From an uncultured Pseudomonadales bacterium (GTDB taxonomy: Bacteria > Pseudomonadota > Gammaproteobacteria > Pseudomonadales > JADFDG01): a stretch of DNA of 64,000 nucleotides. Within the stretch, counting starts at the first letter, position 1. Each line of letters begins with the position of its first letter. Below the pieces are notes generated by a model. It ran no database searches. It was not told where the DNA came from and worked only from the letters and a program-made list of their open reading frames with translations. The translations under genes were made by a program, and so were the position numbers. Of this stretch, positions 41,579-52,831 are shown in pieces. Location of the stretch: contig CAZNPF010000003.1 of the NCBI GenBank assembly GCA_964574995.1, positions 2,507 to 66,506 on the forward strand, written 5' to 3'.

Positions 41579-42498
41579 TGGAGAAGATTGACGACATGAG
41601 CAAGAAGATCGCAGTCCTGTTCGGTGGTAACGCCGCTGAACGCGAAGTCTCCCTGAAGAGCGGCAATGCCGTTCTGGAGGCGCTGCATGTGCGTGGTATC
41701 GACGCGGTGGGCATCGATACGCGCGAGTTGAATATCGCCACACTGAAACAGTTTGATGCTGCATTTATTGCGGTGCACGGTCGCGGCGGTGAAGACGGTG
41801 CGCTGCAAGGCGTGCTGGAAACCGTTGGCCTGTCTTACACCGGTAGCGGTGTCATGGCGTCGGCGATTGGCATGGACAAAGTGCGCACCAAGTTGCTGTG
41901 GCAAGCCTGCCGGTTACCAACGGCCGGTTTTCGTGCCTACCGCGACGAGCAGGTATGGGTAGACCAGTTGGTGCCAGGACGTTTTCCGTTGATGGTCAAG
42001 CCGGCGCGTGAAGGCTCCAGCATTGGCATGGCTAAGGCCAACGATGATGCGCAACTGAAAACTGCGTTGGCGACGGCGCAAAAATATGATCGTGACGTCA
42101 TCGTGGAAGAGTGGATCGACGGCCCGGAATTTACGGTTGCAATTCTTGGCTCACGTGCATTGCCGCCCATTCGTTTGCAAACAACCGCTGAATTTTACGA
42201 CTACGAAGCGAAATACATTCGTAACGACACGAAATACCTCTGCCCTTGCGGCTTGGATGAAGAGCGCGTGGAAGAGTTGCAGCAGTTGGCAGTTGCTGCT
42301 TTTAACGCAGTCGGCTGCCGTGGTTGGGGTCGTGTCGACATCATGATGGGCAGCGACGGCGGTTTTCGTCTGCTGGAAGTAAACACCGTCCCTGGCATGA
42401 CTGATCACTCGCTGGTGCCGATGGCGGCACGGGCGGCCGGCCTGAGTTTTGACGAGCTCGTGATCAATATTCTGAAGGAATCTGGAATCACGCCATGA
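41575..42498 (+). CDS. ddl: D-alanine--D-alanine ligase
   Basis: ATP-grasp enzyme with [28 protein letters not shown] and the C-terminal EVNTVPGMT. The true start may be the ATG at 41578 or 41596. Confidence 0.94.
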   Translation: MMEKIDDMSKKIAVLFGGNAAEREVSLKSGNAVLEALHVRGIDAVGIDTRELNIATLKQFDAAFIAVHGRGGEDGALQGVLETVGLSYTGSGVMASAIGMDKVRTKLLWQACRLPTAGFRAYRDEQVWVDQLVPGRFPLMVKPAREGSSIGMAKANDDAQLKTALATAQKYDRDVIVEEWIDGPEFTVAILGSRALPPIRLQTTAEFYDYEAKYIRNDTKYLCPCGLDEERVEELQQLAVAAFNAVGCRGWGRVDIMMGSDGGFRLLEVNTVPGMTDHSLVPMAARAAGLSFDELVINILKESGITP

Positions 42499-43334
42499 CT
42501 GCCGCGTTGCGCGAAACCCCAGTGCAAGCCAATCGCTACCAGCGCGTCATGCGCTTGTCGCGTCGTGCGCTACTGCCTGCGGCCGCGCTGTCAGTGGCAG
42601 CTTTGCTGTGGGTTGGCGTGACGATGCTGTACAGCGCGTCGCTGGATGCCACGCGTATTCAGTCGGTACGAGTGGAAGGGTCTTTTGGCGCGCGTACGCA
42701 GAGCGAAATAGAACAATCCTTGTCTGCATTGGTTGCTGGTCAGTCGTTGCTTGATGTGCCGATGACCGATATTTCGCATGAGCTGGGAAATTTGTCGTGG
42801 GTCAGCGCGGTGGATGTGTATCGCGTTTGGCCACACGGTTTGATTGTGCGTGTGACAGAAAAAGTGCCGGTAGCCCACTGGAATGGGGATGGGTTCATTA
42901 GTCACGCGGGCGAAGTTTTTCAGCCAGAAGGATCGGCGACCGTTAATTCGTTGCCGGCACTTTACGGGCCTGAAGAAAAGGCACCGCAAGTTATGGCGTT
43001 TTACAGCGCAGTGAACAGCATGATGATGCCGTTGGGATTGTCTGCGCAGGAAGTGCGACTCAACGAAGAATTGTCATGGGAAATCGTAACCGGTAGCGGT
43101 ATTCGTATTCGGGTCGAACAAGATGAAGCGCTGACACGCGTGCGGCGTTTCTTGCGTATCTACGAACGACAACTGGCCCCGGTGGCTAATCGGATTGACA
43201 GCGTGGATCTTCGCTACATCGGCGGATTTGCCGTGCACTGGGCACCAGCGGTGACTGCGCTGGATGAATCGATGATGCGAAAAATGGCAGGGGCGCAAGC
43301 TCCGGGCGGAGACAATGGCACGTACACCCAGTAA
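42495..43334 (+). CDS. ftsQ: cell division protein FtsQ
   Basis: 279 aa with one TM helix and a POTRA-like region (IQSVRVEGSF...). Positioned between ddl and ftsA. Confidence 0.88.
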   Translation: MTAALRETPVQANRYQRVMRLSRRALLPAAALSVAALLWVGVTMLYSASLDATRIQSVRVEGSFGARTQSEIEQSLSALVAGQSLLDVPMTDISHELGNLSWVSAVDVYRVWPHGLIVRVTEKVPVAHWNGDGFISHAGEVFQPEGSATVNSLPALYGPEEKAPQVMAFYSAVNSMMMPLGLSAQEVRLNEELSWEIVTGSGIRIRVEQDEALTRVRRFLRIYERQLAPVANRIDSVDLRYIGGFAVHWAPAVTALDESMMRKMAGAQAPGGDNGTYTQ

Positions 43335-44565
43335 CGAAATGATCGTCGGCTTGGATATCGGCACATCCAAGGTGGTGGCGATTGTCGGCCAGATGCTGAA
43401 TGACGGCGGCATCAAGGTCGTTGGTTTTGGCATTACGCATCCTTCGCGCGGCATGAAGAAAGGCGTGGTGGTGGATATCGATTCCACCGTGCAGTCCATC
43501 CAGCGTGCGGTAGAAGAAGCGGAATTGATGGCGGGCTGCCAGATTCACTCGGTCTATGCATCGATTTCTGGCAGTCATCTGCGCAGCATGAATTCGCACG
43601 GCATCGTGGCCATTCGTGATACCGAGGTGACGCGTGCCGACGTGGAGCGCGTCATCGATGCGGCGGCTGCCGTGCCGATCCCGGCGGATCAACGAGTGCT
43701 ACATGTGATCCCGCAGGAATTTGTGATCGACGATCAAGATGGCGTGCGTGAGCCATTAGGTATGTCGGGCGTGCGCTTGGAAGCCAAGGTGCACATGGTG
43801 ACGTGTGCCGAAAATGCCGCGCAGAACGTCGAGAAATGTATCCGTCGCTGCGGTTTAGAAGTGGACGAATTAGTGCTGGAGCAATTGGCCAGTGCTTACG
43901 CTGTTCTGACGGATGATGAAAAGGAATTAGGCGTTTGCTTGGTGGATGTCGGCGGCGGCACGACCGGTATGGCGATTTTCAACAACGGCGCCATTCGCCA
44001 TACCGCAGTTATTCCTATCGCCGGCGATCAAGTCACCAACGACATCGCCATGGCACTCCGTACGCCGACGCCGTCGGCTGAAGAAATCAAAATGAAGTAC
44101 GCCTGCGCGCTGGCGCAACTGGCTAAGCCGGGCGAAACCATCAAGGTGCCCAGCGTTGGTGATCGCGCGCCGAAAGATCTTTCGCGCCAGGCATTGGCGG
44201 AAGTGATTGAGCCTCGTTACGACGAATTGTTCACGCTGGTGCAGCAAGAACTGCGTCGCAGTGGTTATGAAGAAATGATTCCGTCTGGAATCGTGCTGAC
44301 CGGTGGCTCGGTAAAGATGGAAGGTGCGATCGAACTGGCGGAAGAAGTTTTCCATATGCCGGTGCGCCTGGGTTATCCGCAGGGCGTGGTTGGTGTTACC
44401 GATGAAATCGCGGGCAATCCAATTTTTGCTACCAGCGTTGGCCTGTTGCATTACGCGCGTCGGTTGCGTGAAGACGACCGGCGTGATGGCAACAAAAAAG
44501 GTAAGGCAGGTAGCGGTGATTCGCTGGTTGGCAAGTTGGGCAAGTGGTTCAAAGGCAGTTTCTAG
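43315..44565 (+). CDS. ftsA: cell division protein FtsA
   Basis: 416-aa actin-fold protein (IVGLDIGTSKVVAIVG, VDVGGGTTGMAIF) with a C-terminal amphipathic tail LGKWFKGSF. Confidence 0.96.
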   Translation: MARTPSNEMIVGLDIGTSKVVAIVGQMLNDGGIKVVGFGITHPSRGMKKGVVVDIDSTVQSIQRAVEEAELMAGCQIHSVYASISGSHLRSMNSHGIVAIRDTEVTRADVERVIDAAAAVPIPADQRVLHVIPQEFVIDDQDGVREPLGMSGVRLEAKVHMVTCAENAAQNVEKCIRRCGLEVDELVLEQLASAYAVLTDDEKELGVCLVDVGGGTTGMAIFNNGAIRHTAVIPIAGDQVTNDIAMALRTPTPSAEEIKMKYACALAQLAKPGETIKVPSVGDRAPKDLSRQALAEVIEPRYDELFTLVQQELRRSGYEEMIPSGIVLTGGSVKMEGAIELAEEVFHMPVRLGYPQGVVGVTDEIAGNPIFATSVGLLHYARRLREDDRRDGNKKGKAGSGDSLVGKLGKWFKGSF

Positions 44566-44705
44566 TTTTTACGCGAAAGTGATCGTGATCGTTGCAAGTG
44601 AGGTGTGAGACACGTGTGGTGCGGGGAAAGTGACACGCAAGACAGAAAGACGCGCAAGCGGGAAAATAAAAACTGATATCAGGAATGCGGGATCGGGAGG
44701 AAGTA

Positions 44706-45941
44706 ATGGGTAATTTCAAAATGATTGAAAATGAGCCGCAAAACGCCGTCATCAAGGTGGTGGGCGTGGGCGGTGGTGGCGGCAATGCCGTCGAACACAT
44801 GGTGGCTGGGCGCGTGGAAGGTGTGGAGTTCATTTGCGCCAATACCGATGCGCAAGCGTTGAAGCGCCACTCGGCGCGTACGTTGCTGCAGTTGGGCAGT
44901 CAGGTGACGAAAGGTCTCGGCGCGGGCGCCAACCCGGAGATCGGTCGCCAGGCGGCGTTGGAAGATCGTGATCGCATCGCTGAAATGCTGCAGGGTGCCG
45001 ATATGGTGTTTGTCACGGCAGGCATGGGTGGCGGTACCGGCACCGGTGCCGCACCGGTGGTGGCCGAAGTGGCACGCAGCATGGGCATTTTGACGGTCGC
45101 AGTTGTGACCAAGCCGTTCCCGTTCGAAGGGCCGCGTCGCATGAAAGCGGCTGAGCATGGCATTGCTCAGCTGGCTGAGCATGTCGATTCACTGATCACC
45201 ATTCCGAACGAAAAATTGTTGACGGTGCTCGGGCCGAAAACATCCATGCTGGAAGCCTTCAAGGCGGCCAACGATGTGCTGCAAGGTGCAGTAAAAGGTA
45301 TTGCCGACTTGATCCTCCATCCCGGCATGATCAACGTCGACTTTGCTGACGTGCGCACAGTGATGAGCGAGATGGGCATGGCGATGATGGGCACCGGTAC
45401 CGGTCGTGGTGAAGATGGTGCGCGTGAAGCGGCCGAGCGCGCGTTGCACAGCCCGTTGCTGGACGATGTGCAGTTGCAAGGGGCCAAGGGCATTCTGGTG
45501 AACGTGACGCATGGCCTGCATTTCTCGATGGGTGATTTCACTAACGTCGGCGACACCGTGCATGCTTTTGCTGCTGCGGATGCGCAGATCATCGTGGGCA
45601 CCACGCTGGATGAAGGCATGGGCGACGAAGTGCGTGTCACGGTGGTGGCGACGGGCATCGGTCGTGAAACGCTGCGCTTGGGCGATCGCCCATTAGCGAC
45701 ACCCACCACGCCGGCGACGGCTGCCGTAACTCGTCCGGCGGCAACGCCGATTCAGGGTGCGACGCGTCCGGTTGCGCAACCGGCGGCGGCGACGGGTGTT
45801 GAGCGTCCGAACTACGCCGAATTCGACACCCCGCCAGCGCGTCGCCGCGCGCAGGGTGGCGGTGCCGCACCGGCTCCCCGGCCGGCGGGCGATATGGACT
45901 TCCTCGATATCCCGGCGTTTCTGCGTCGGCAGGCGGACTGA
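44706..45941 (+). CDS. ftsZ: cell division GTPase FtsZ
   Basis: ORF 44685..45941; the ATG at 44706 is preceded by GGGAGGA. Tubulin signature [31 protein letters not shown], and the C-terminal peptide [11 protein letters not shown]. Confidence 0.97.
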   Translation: MGNFKMIENEPQNAVIKVVGVGGGGGNAVEHMVAGRVEGVEFICANTDAQALKRHSARTLLQLGSQVTKGLGAGANPEIGRQAALEDRDRIAEMLQGADMVFVTAGMGGGTGTGAAPVVAEVARSMGILTVAVVTKPFPFEGPRRMKAAEHGIAQLAEHVDSLITIPNEKLLTVLGPKTSMLEAFKAANDVLQGAVKGIADLILHPGMINVDFADVRTVMSEMGMAMMGTGTGRGEDGAREAAERALHSPLLDDVQLQGAKGILVNVTHGLHFSMGDFTNVGDTVHAFAAADAQIIVGTTLDEGMGDEVRVTVVATGIGRETLRLGDRPLATPTTPATAAVTRPAATPIQGATRPVAQPAAATGVERPNYAEFDTPPARRRAQGGGAAPAPRPAGDMDFLDIPAFLRRQAD

Positions 45942-46029
45942 ACGACCGCGCGTTAAACGGCAGGTGTCGTTGCCCGGTCCCGCCCGGGCGGCATTCCTGC
46001 CGGTCCCGCCGCCCCGAAAGGGGTCATGG

Positions 46030-46056
46030 CCAGCCCGGGTCCTCCCCCCGGGCTGG
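46030..46056 (+). terminator. GC-rich hairpin downstream of ftsZ (possible partial terminator or attenuator)
   Basis: Perfect 10-bp stem CCAGCCCGGG / CCCGGGCTGG with a 7-nt loop. It is followed by a T/C-rich stretch rather than a clean U run. Confidence 0.4.
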
Positions 46057-46105
46057 TCTTCCTACCTTATATACAGCCCCCGTTTTGGTCCCTCAGCCCC
46101 TCGGC

Positions 46106-46134
46106 TTGGGCTATATGAAAAACTTTGTTACTAT
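46106..46134 (+). promoter_or_regulatory. candidate sigma-70 promoter of lpxC
   Basis: TTGGGC (46106-46111), a 17-nt spacer, then TACTAT (46129-46134), about 65 nt upstream of the lpxC ATG. Confidence 0.45.
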
Positions 46135-46200
46135 TTGCGGGTCCTTGGCCCTCTAGGCCAAATACCTCGAACAACAATGGGTTAGCGCAGGCAACTGACG

Positions 46201-47121
46201 ATGATTCGACAGCGCACGATCAAAAACGTGATTCGCGCGACCGGCATTGGTCTGCATACCGGCGAAAAGATCTATCTCACGGTCCGGCCGGCCCCGGTCG
46301 ACAGCGGCATTGTTTTCCGCCGCACGGACCTGCCGGCGAGCCGGGACATCCCGGCCGTTGCACACGGTGTTGGCGAGACCACGTTGTCCACCACGCTGGT
46401 GGACGGTGAGACCAAGGTGTCCACCATCGAGCATTTGATGAGCGCATTTGCCGGCATCGGTATCGACAATGCGATCGTCGAGATATCCGGCCCAGAAGTG
46501 CCGATCATGGATGGCTCCGCAGGTCCCTTCGTATTCCTGTTGCAATCGGCAGGCATCGCTGAGCAATCAGCCGCCAAGAAATTTGTGCGCGTGAAGCGTC
46601 CGATTACGGTAGAGGACGGCGATAAATCTGCCACGTTCGTGCCGTACGACGGTTTCAAGGTCACGTTCACCATTCATTTCGATCACCCAGTTTTCCGTAA
46701 CCGTAATCAGACGACCAGCGTGGATTTCTCCACCACCTCTTTCGTGAAGGAAGTGAGTCGTGCGCGTACCTTCGGTTTCATGCGCGAGATCGAATACCTA
46801 CGTTCGAAGAATCTGGCGCTCGGTGGCAGCATGGAAAACGCCATCGTCGTCGATGATTACCGCATCCTTAACGAGGACGGCCTGCGCTACGAAGACGAGT
46901 TCGTGCGTCACAAAATTCTCGATGCCATTGGCGATTTGTACTTGCTCGGTCACAACGTGATTGGCGAATACATTGGGCATAAGTCAGGTCATGCGCTCAA
47001 CAATCGTTTGTTGCGTGCGATGCTGGCGCAGCCGGATTCATTCGAGATCGTCAGTTTTGACGATGAGGCTAAGGCGCCCATTTCCTACGCGTGGGCTCAG
47101 CCAACGCTCGCCGCCAGCTGA
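46201..47121 (+). CDS. lpxC: UDP-3-O-acyl-GlcNAc deacetylase LpxC
   Basis: 306 aa beginning [27 protein letters not shown], with EHLMSA, and [14 protein letters not shown] plus HKSGHALN. Confidence 0.97.
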   Translation: MIRQRTIKNVIRATGIGLHTGEKIYLTVRPAPVDSGIVFRRTDLPASRDIPAVAHGVGETTLSTTLVDGETKVSTIEHLMSAFAGIGIDNAIVEISGPEVPIMDGSAGPFVFLLQSAGIAEQSAAKKFVRVKRPITVEDGDKSATFVPYDGFKVTFTIHFDHPVFRNRNQTTSVDFSTTSFVKEVSRARTFGFMREIEYLRSKNLALGGSMENAIVVDDYRILNEDGLRYEDEFVRHKILDAIGDLYLLGHNVIGEYIGHKSGHALNNRLLRAMLAQPDSFEIVSFDDEAKAPISYAWAQPTLAAS

Positions 47122-47124
47122 TTG

Positions 47125-47152
47125 GCGCCTCCCGATGGAGGCGCTTCCTTTC
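47125..47152. terminator. hairpin between convergent lpxC and the DUF721 gene
   Basis: 8-bp stem GCGCCTCC / GGAGGCGC with loop CGAT, followed by TTCCTTTC. It fills almost the whole 36-nt spacer. Confidence 0.45.
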
Positions 47153-47157
47153 AAGAC

Positions 47158-47691
47158 TCAAGACGGTTTTTTGTGGGTTGGCGCCGTGCTTTGGCCCGCG
47201 GTGGTATTGCTCGCTTCGGCAGCAGCGGCCAGCTCCAGTAGGGCGCGACGCAAGGGGCCATGATCTTCGCTGTCGGCCAGCGCACGCAGCGCAGGTGCTG
47301 ATGCCTGCAGGGTGCGTGATAACGGATGCGGTGTCGCCGGGGGCGGCGATGGTGCCTGGATAAGCACCAGCCGAATCTCACGCAGGTCGCGAAATTGCGG
47401 TTGACGCTTGAGTTGACGGAGTACGACGGGTTCCTGAAAGCGCCAGCGGGTGGCCAGAGCGGGCTGATCCAGCCGGACACGCAGGATGCCATCTGACCAG
47501 CCCGTAACTTCCAACCGCTCCCCGAGCCGTGCGTCCACGGTCTTGCGAAGCAGTCCCGTCAGGACTGTGAACTCGGCCAAGGATTGGTAAATACGAGCGA
47601 GCACACCGCTGGCAGCAGTGTTAGCCTCGCTCCCTGTGGATAACCTTGGCAGCCCGCTATCTTCTTCACCGTAAGGGTTTGCCGGAGTCAT
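47158..47691 (-). CDS. DUF721-family protein (DciA-like)
   Basis: 177 aa. The central block LARIYQSLAEF..LLRKTVDARLGERLEVTGWSDGILRVRLDQPALATRWRFQEPVVLRQL resembles the DUF721 pattern (target strand, then G.L.V....A.A..L........L..L). The lpxC-DUF721-M23-secA position is as I recall in Pseudomonas and Xanthomonas. Confidence 0.6.
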   Translation of the reverse strand: MTPANPYGEEDSGLPRLSTGSEANTAASGVLARIYQSLAEFTVLTGLLRKTVDARLGERLEVTGWSDGILRVRLDQPALATRWRFQEPVVLRQLKRQPQFRDLREIRLVLIQAPSPPPATPHPLSRTLQASAPALRALADSEDHGPLRRALLELAAAAEASNTTAGQSTAPTHKKPS

Positions 47692-47734
47692 GTTCCTGCC
47701 GGGCGTTGCCCGTGATTAATCGGAAAGTATCGTT

Positions 47735-48712
47735 ATGAAGGTCATTATTCTGGACCCCCAGCGGGGGATCAGTCGAACGCTGCCCCTCCCGCGCCGCTGG
47801 TATGTGTGGCTGGCGGCCATTGTGCTGGTTTTGCCGGCCTTGGGTGCTTGGGGTGGCTATACATGGTATGCCCGTGCTGCGGGCGATCCGGTCGTGAGTG
47901 GCGATGTGGGGCGTGATACGGCGGTGGCTTGGCGGGATCGCTTGGCTGTACAGCGCGATGCCATTGCGAATGCCCGCGAACGTGCGGAAGAAAAGCTCAA
48001 GGCCATGACCGTGCGTGTTGCCGAAATGCAGGCGCGTCTGCTTCGGCTGGATGCACTGGCGGAGCGGTTGGCGCGCAGCACGCCCGGCGGGAAAGCAAAA
48101 GACTTCGACTTTAGCCAACCCCCTGCCGTGGGTGGACCGGAAGAAGCCTCAGACGCCGCATTCCGTGAGCCGGATTTTGTGGCGGCACTGGATGAACTGG
48201 CCATGCGCATCGATGCGCGTGAGACTGAGTTGAAGGTGTTTGAAAATTTGCTAAACGGCGGCAGCAAATTGCGCGAAGAAAGTTTTCTGGTCGGCAACCC
48301 GGTACATGTGGGCTACATGTCTTCCAGCTTCGGTTATCGCATCGATCCTTTCCACGGCAACATTGCGTTTCATCGTGGGATGGATTTTGCTGGCCCGTCG
48401 GGGTCGGACATCGTAGCGACTGGCGATGGCATGGTGATCCAGGCGGGTGATCATGCCGGCTACGGCAAGATGGTGGAGCTCGCGCATGGCGACGGCATTA
48501 CCACCGTGTATGCGCATGCCAGCCAGGTGCTCGTAAAAGTCGGTGACATCGTTCGTAAGGGGCAGCCGGTTGCCAAACTCGGCAGCACCGGTCGTTCCAC
48601 GGGTCCACACGTGCATTACGAAGTGCGACGCCACGGCGTAGCAATCAATCCTGTTGCTTTCACCACCTTGGCGAAGGTGGGTGAGTCTGTCGGTACCGCG
48701 CCAGCGCGCTGA
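47735..48712 (+). CDS. M23-family (LytM-domain) metallopeptidase with N-terminal anchor and coiled-coil
   Basis: TM helix WYVWLAAIVLVLPALGAWGG, a helical region, then an intact M23 active site (HRGMDFA ... GPHVHYEV). Confidence 0.88.
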   Translation: MKVIILDPQRGISRTLPLPRRWYVWLAAIVLVLPALGAWGGYTWYARAAGDPVVSGDVGRDTAVAWRDRLAVQRDAIANARERAEEKLKAMTVRVAEMQARLLRLDALAERLARSTPGGKAKDFDFSQPPAVGGPEEASDAAFREPDFVAALDELAMRIDARETELKVFENLLNGGSKLREESFLVGNPVHVGYMSSSFGYRIDPFHGNIAFHRGMDFAGPSGSDIVATGDGMVIQAGDHAGYGKMVELAHGDGITTVYAHASQVLVKVGDIVRKGQPVAKLGSTGRSTGPHVHYEVRRHGVAINPVAFTTLAKVGESVGTAPAR

Positions 48713-48836
48713 GCCTCCCGTTGGGAGTGGCTTGCGGTAGAATCCATGCGCCTTTGACGGCCCCTTCGGGGCCGTTCCACTTTCCGGGCGGCCTCGTTTT
48801 GTGGGGGTCGTGCCGCTTGCACGAGTCTTCCGTCCC

Positions 48837-51542
48837 ATGCTGGCCAATCTATTTCGTTCGATTTTCGGTACCAAGAACGCGCGTGAAGTAAAACGCATCG
48901 GCCATTTCGTTGCCGACATCAATGCGCGGGAAGAGGGATTGAAACAGCTCACTGAAGAGCAATTGCGAGCCAAAACCGCAGAATTTCGCACACGTATCAA
49001 AGATGGCGCCACCTTGGAGAGCTTGTTGCCAGAAGCCTTCGCCGTGGTGCGCGAAGCGGCACGACGTACGCTGGGGCTGCGCCATCACGATGTGCAGTTG
49101 ATTGGTGGGGTGGTGTTGCACGAAGGACGCATTGCCGAAATGCGTACTGGTGAGGGCAAGACGCTGGTCGCCACGCTGGCGGCGTATCTCAACGCATTGC
49201 CAGGAGAAGGCGTGCATGTGGTGACGGTGAACGATTACCTCGCTCAGCGCGATGCCAACTGGATGCGGCCTGTTTATGAATTCTTGGGCTTGAGCGTGGG
49301 CGTGGTGCTGTCACAGCAGTCGCAGGAAACCAAGCGCGCCGCGTATGCCGCCGATATTACGTACGGCACCAACAATGAATATGGCTTCGACTATTTGCGC
49401 GACAACATGGCGTTGTCGATGGAAGAACGCGTTCAGCGTGAACCGGTTTACGCCATTGTCGATGAGGTGGACTCCATCTTGATCGACGAAGCGCGGACGC
49501 CGTTGATCATTTCCGGGCCCAGCACGGATAGCTCGGCGCTGTATCGCAAGATCAACGAGTTGATCCCGATGTTGCGCCAGCAGGCCGATAAGGATTCAGA
49601 AACACGCGGTGAGTTTCTGATCGATGAAAAGGGCCGGCAGATCGAATTAACGGAAGACGGCCACCGTTTGGTGGAAGATCTACTGGTGCGTAACGACTTG
49701 CTGAAAGCGGGTGACAGTCTTTACGCGGCGCATAACCTGCACTTACTGCATCACGTACACGTTGGCCTCAAGGCGCACCATTTGTTCCAGAAGGATGTCG
49801 AGTACATCGTTCAGGAAGGTCAGGTCGTGATCGTTGATGAACACACGGGCCGCACCATGCCGGGCCGTCGCTGGTCGGATGGTATTCATCAGGCCGTGGA
49901 AGCGAAGGAAGGCGTACAGGTTCGCAACGAAAACCAGACGTTGGCATCGACCACGTTCCAAAATTATTTCCGTTTGTACCGGAAGCTGTCCGGCATGACG
50001 GGAACGGCCGATACCGAAGCGCCGGAATTCCGCCAGATTTATGGCCTCGATGTAGTCGTGATTCCTACCCATCGACCGATGGCGCGTGAAGATCTAAACG
50101 ATCTCGTCTTTTTGAGTGTGCAGGAAAAATACGAAGCGATTGTGGGCGTGATCCGTGAGATCAACGCCAAGGGCGCGCCCATATTGGTGGGTACCGCGAG
50201 CATCGAAACCTCAGAGTTGCTCTCGGCGTTTCTTAAGAAAGAAAAAATTGCACACGCTGTGCTCAATGCGAAATACCACCAGCAGGAAGCGACTATCATC
50301 GCGCAGGCAGGCCGTCCGGGTGCAGTCACGATTGCCACCAACATGGCGGGTCGCGGTACGGACATTGTGCTGGGTGGCAGTTGGCAGGTAGATGCTGCGC
50401 AACTGGAAAATCCAACCCAAGCGCAGATCGACAAACTCAAGGCCGAGTGGCAAGTACGCCACGAGCAAGTGCTCGCTGCTGGTGGCTTGCACATCATTGG
50501 TTCGGAGCGCCATGAGTCGCGGCGTATCGACAACCAGCTTCGTGGTCGTTCCGGTCGTCAAGGCGACCCCGGCATGACGCGGTTCTACTTGTCGCTGGAA
50601 GACACGTTGATGCGCCGTTTTGCCGGCGACACCGTACGCAACATGATGCAGCGGCTTGGCATGCAGAAGGGCGAAGCGATCGAGCATCGCTGGGTGACGC
50701 GTGCCATCGAAAATGCGCAACGCAAAGTGGAATCGCACAACTTTGATATCCGCAAGCAGTTGCTTGAGTACGATGACATCAACAATGACCAGCGCCGTGT
50801 GGTGTATCAGCAGCGCCGTGAATTACTGGAAGCAGACGATTTGCGCGACAGCGTGATCGCTATGCGTGAGGACGTGTTGGCCGAGCTTGTCGCCCAACAC
50901 ATTCCGCCGGAAAGTGTGGCGGAAATGTGGGACATCCCAGGGTTGGAGCGCGCGTTGGAAGTGGAGTTGCGTCTTCGAGCGCCGGTCGCGCAGTGGCTAG
51001 ATCAAGATGACCATCTGGATGAGGAAGGTCTAAAGAAACGCCTGCTGGCTGAACTGGTTGCTATTTATGCGGCCAAAGAAGCACAGGTGGGTTCTGATGC
51101 GATGCGGCAGATCGAGAAGCAGTTGATGCTGCAGGTACTCGATAAGTCGTGGAAAGATCATCTCGCAGCGATGGATCATCTGCGTCAGGGCATTCATCTG
51201 CGCGGTTATGCGCAGAAAAATCCTAAGCAGGAATACAAACGCGAAGCCTTCGAGCTCTTTGGTCAAATGCTCGATGAGGTTCGGCATGAGCTGATCCGCA
51301 TTCTCTCGGCCATTCAGTTGCAGCGCAAAGATGAGGCTGAAGAACTGGAGCGTCGTCGTCGCGAAGAAGCGGAGCGGCAGAAAATGAATTTCTTGCACGC
51401 TGACCCGGACAGCATTCCGCGCACGGATGAAGAAGAAAAACCGCAGCCGCGCACCCGTGAATTTGCCAAGGTAGGGCGCAATGACCCTTGCCCTTGTGGC
51501 TCGGGCAAAAAGTTCAAACAGTGCCACGGCAAAATTGAATAA
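48837..51542 (+). CDS. secA: preprotein translocase ATPase SecA
   Basis: ORF 48801..51542; ATG at 48837 gives [20 protein letters not shown]. Walker [28 protein letters not shown], and the C-terminal zinc motif [14 protein letters not shown]. Confidence 0.97.
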   Translation: MLANLFRSIFGTKNAREVKRIGHFVADINAREEGLKQLTEEQLRAKTAEFRTRIKDGATLESLLPEAFAVVREAARRTLGLRHHDVQLIGGVVLHEGRIAEMRTGEGKTLVATLAAYLNALPGEGVHVVTVNDYLAQRDANWMRPVYEFLGLSVGVVLSQQSQETKRAAYAADITYGTNNEYGFDYLRDNMALSMEERVQREPVYAIVDEVDSILIDEARTPLIISGPSTDSSALYRKINELIPMLRQQADKDSETRGEFLIDEKGRQIELTEDGHRLVEDLLVRNDLLKAGDSLYAAHNLHLLHHVHVGLKAHHLFQKDVEYIVQEGQVVIVDEHTGRTMPGRRWSDGIHQAVEAKEGVQVRNENQTLASTTFQNYFRLYRKLSGMTGTADTEAPEFRQIYGLDVVVIPTHRPMAREDLNDLVFLSVQEKYEAIVGVIREINAKGAPILVGTASIETSELLSAFLKKEKIAHAVLNAKYHQQEATIIAQAGRPGAVTIATNMAGRGTDIVLGGSWQVDAAQLENPTQAQIDKLKAEWQVRHEQVLAAGGLHIIGSERHESRRIDNQLRGRSGRQGDPGMTRFYLSLEDTLMRRFAGDTVRNMMQRLGMQKGEAIEHRWVTRAIENAQRKVESHNFDIRKQLLEYDDINNDQRRVVYQQRRELLEADDLRDSVIAMREDVLAELVAQHIPPESVAEMWDIPGLERALEVELRLRAPVAQWLDQDDHLDEEGLKKRLLAELVAIYAAKEAQVGSDAMRQIEKQLMLQVLDKSWKDHLAAMDHLRQGIHLRGYAQKNPKQEYKREAFELFGQMLDEVRHELIRILSAIQLQRKDEAEELERRRREEAERQKMNFLHADPDSIPRTDEEEKPQPRTREFAKVGRNDPCPCGSGKKFKQCHGKIE

Positions 51543-51569
51543 CCCGAACTTGCAGGATTTCACACGCAT

Positions 51570-52799
51570 ATGGCCGTAGGTCCCGAGACCGTTCCGTCCG
51601 TCATCCACGATGTTGCCGGTGTTCGTATCGGTGTTGTCGAGGCGGGTATTCGCAAGAAGAATCGCCGTGACCTGGTGCTCTTCGAATTCGCGACGGGCAG
51701 TACGCTGGCGGCTTCGTTCACGAAAAACCAGTTCTGTGCGGCACCCGTCACGGTGGCAAAAGAACACCTTGCTGCCGCTTCTGCCGCGGGCAAAACCCGC
51801 TATCTGTTGATCAACACGGGTTGTGCGAATGCGGGGACGGGTGCGCCCGGTCTTGCAGATGCGCGTACGAGCTGCGCCGAGATGGCGAAAGTGGCCGGTA
51901 CGTCATCCGAAGCCGTGCTGCCGTTTTCCACGGGCGTCATTGGCGAACGTTTGCCAATGGACCGTTTATTGACGGCACTGCCAGCCGCGCGCGTTGCGCT
52001 GCGCAGCAATGCTTGGTTGGATGCGGCGCACGGCATCATGACGACGGATACGCGGCCCAAAGTGGCTTCGACGCAAGCGCTGATCGATGGCCGCACCATT
52101 ACGCTCACCGGCATTTCCAAAGGTGCCGGCATGATTTGCCCGAATATGGCAACGATGCTTGCTTTTGTGGCAACAGACGCACAGGTCGCAGGCGCAGATC
52201 TCCAGCAGTTTCTGTCGGCGGCGGTGGATGGGTCGTTTAATCGCATTACCATCGACGGTGATACGTCAACCAACGATGCGTGCGTGTTGGCGGCGACTGG
52301 CGCTGCGGGCGTGCGCATTCCGGCGAAAGGTCCGGCAGCAGAAACATTTCGCGCAGCGCTGAACGACGTCATGCGTCAATTGGCGCAGGCCATCGTGCGT
52401 GATGGCGAAGGCGCAACGAAATTTATTGCTGTGCAGGTTGATGGTGGCCACGACACTGCGGAATGTCTGGCCGTCGCTTATACGATCGCGCACTCGCCGT
52501 TGGTGAAAACAGCGCTGTTTGCTTCTGATCCGAACTGGGGGCGCATCCTGGCTTGCGTGGGTCGTGCCGGTTTGCAAACGCTGGACGTGTCGAAGGTGGA
52601 TATTCATCTCGATGACGTGTGCATCGTCAAAGGTGGTGGCGTGGCGCCGGATTACACCGAGGCGCGTGGCGCCGCCGTTATGAAGCGCGAAGACATCGTC
52701 ATTCGAGTTTCGCTGGCGCGTGGCGATGCCAGTGATTGCGTATGGACGACGGATTTGTCGTTCGATTACGTCAAGATCAATGCCGAGTACCGCACCTGA
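51570..52799 (+). CDS. argJ: bifunctional ornithine acetyltransferase / N-acetylglutamate synthase ArgJ
   Basis: 409 aa with the autoprocessing site context PNMATMLAFVATD, then DGDTSTND, and a C-terminal INAEYRT. Confidence 0.94.
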   Translation: MAVGPETVPSVIHDVAGVRIGVVEAGIRKKNRRDLVLFEFATGSTLAASFTKNQFCAAPVTVAKEHLAAASAAGKTRYLLINTGCANAGTGAPGLADARTSCAEMAKVAGTSSEAVLPFSTGVIGERLPMDRLLTALPAARVALRSNAWLDAAHGIMTTDTRPKVASTQALIDGRTITLTGISKGAGMICPNMATMLAFVATDAQVAGADLQQFLSAAVDGSFNRITIDGDTSTNDACVLAATGAAGVRIPAKGPAAETFRAALNDVMRQLAQAIVRDGEGATKFIAVQVDGGHDTAECLAVAYTIAHSPLVKTALFASDPNWGRILACVGRAGLQTLDVSKVDIHLDDVCIVKGGGVAPDYTEARGAAVMKREDIVIRVSLARGDASDCVWTTDLSFDYVKINAEYRT

Positions 52800-52831
52800 T
52801 GCGGGTACGCTGCTGTTGGTTGGCATAGGAA

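Noticed and set aside
48738-48743. TAGAAT -10-like hexamer in the secA leader
   Set aside because: There is no acceptable -35 or TG extension at the right spacing, so it is not reported as a promoter. A nearby hairpin ACGGCCCC-ttc-GGGGCCGT (48757-48775) lacks a U tract.
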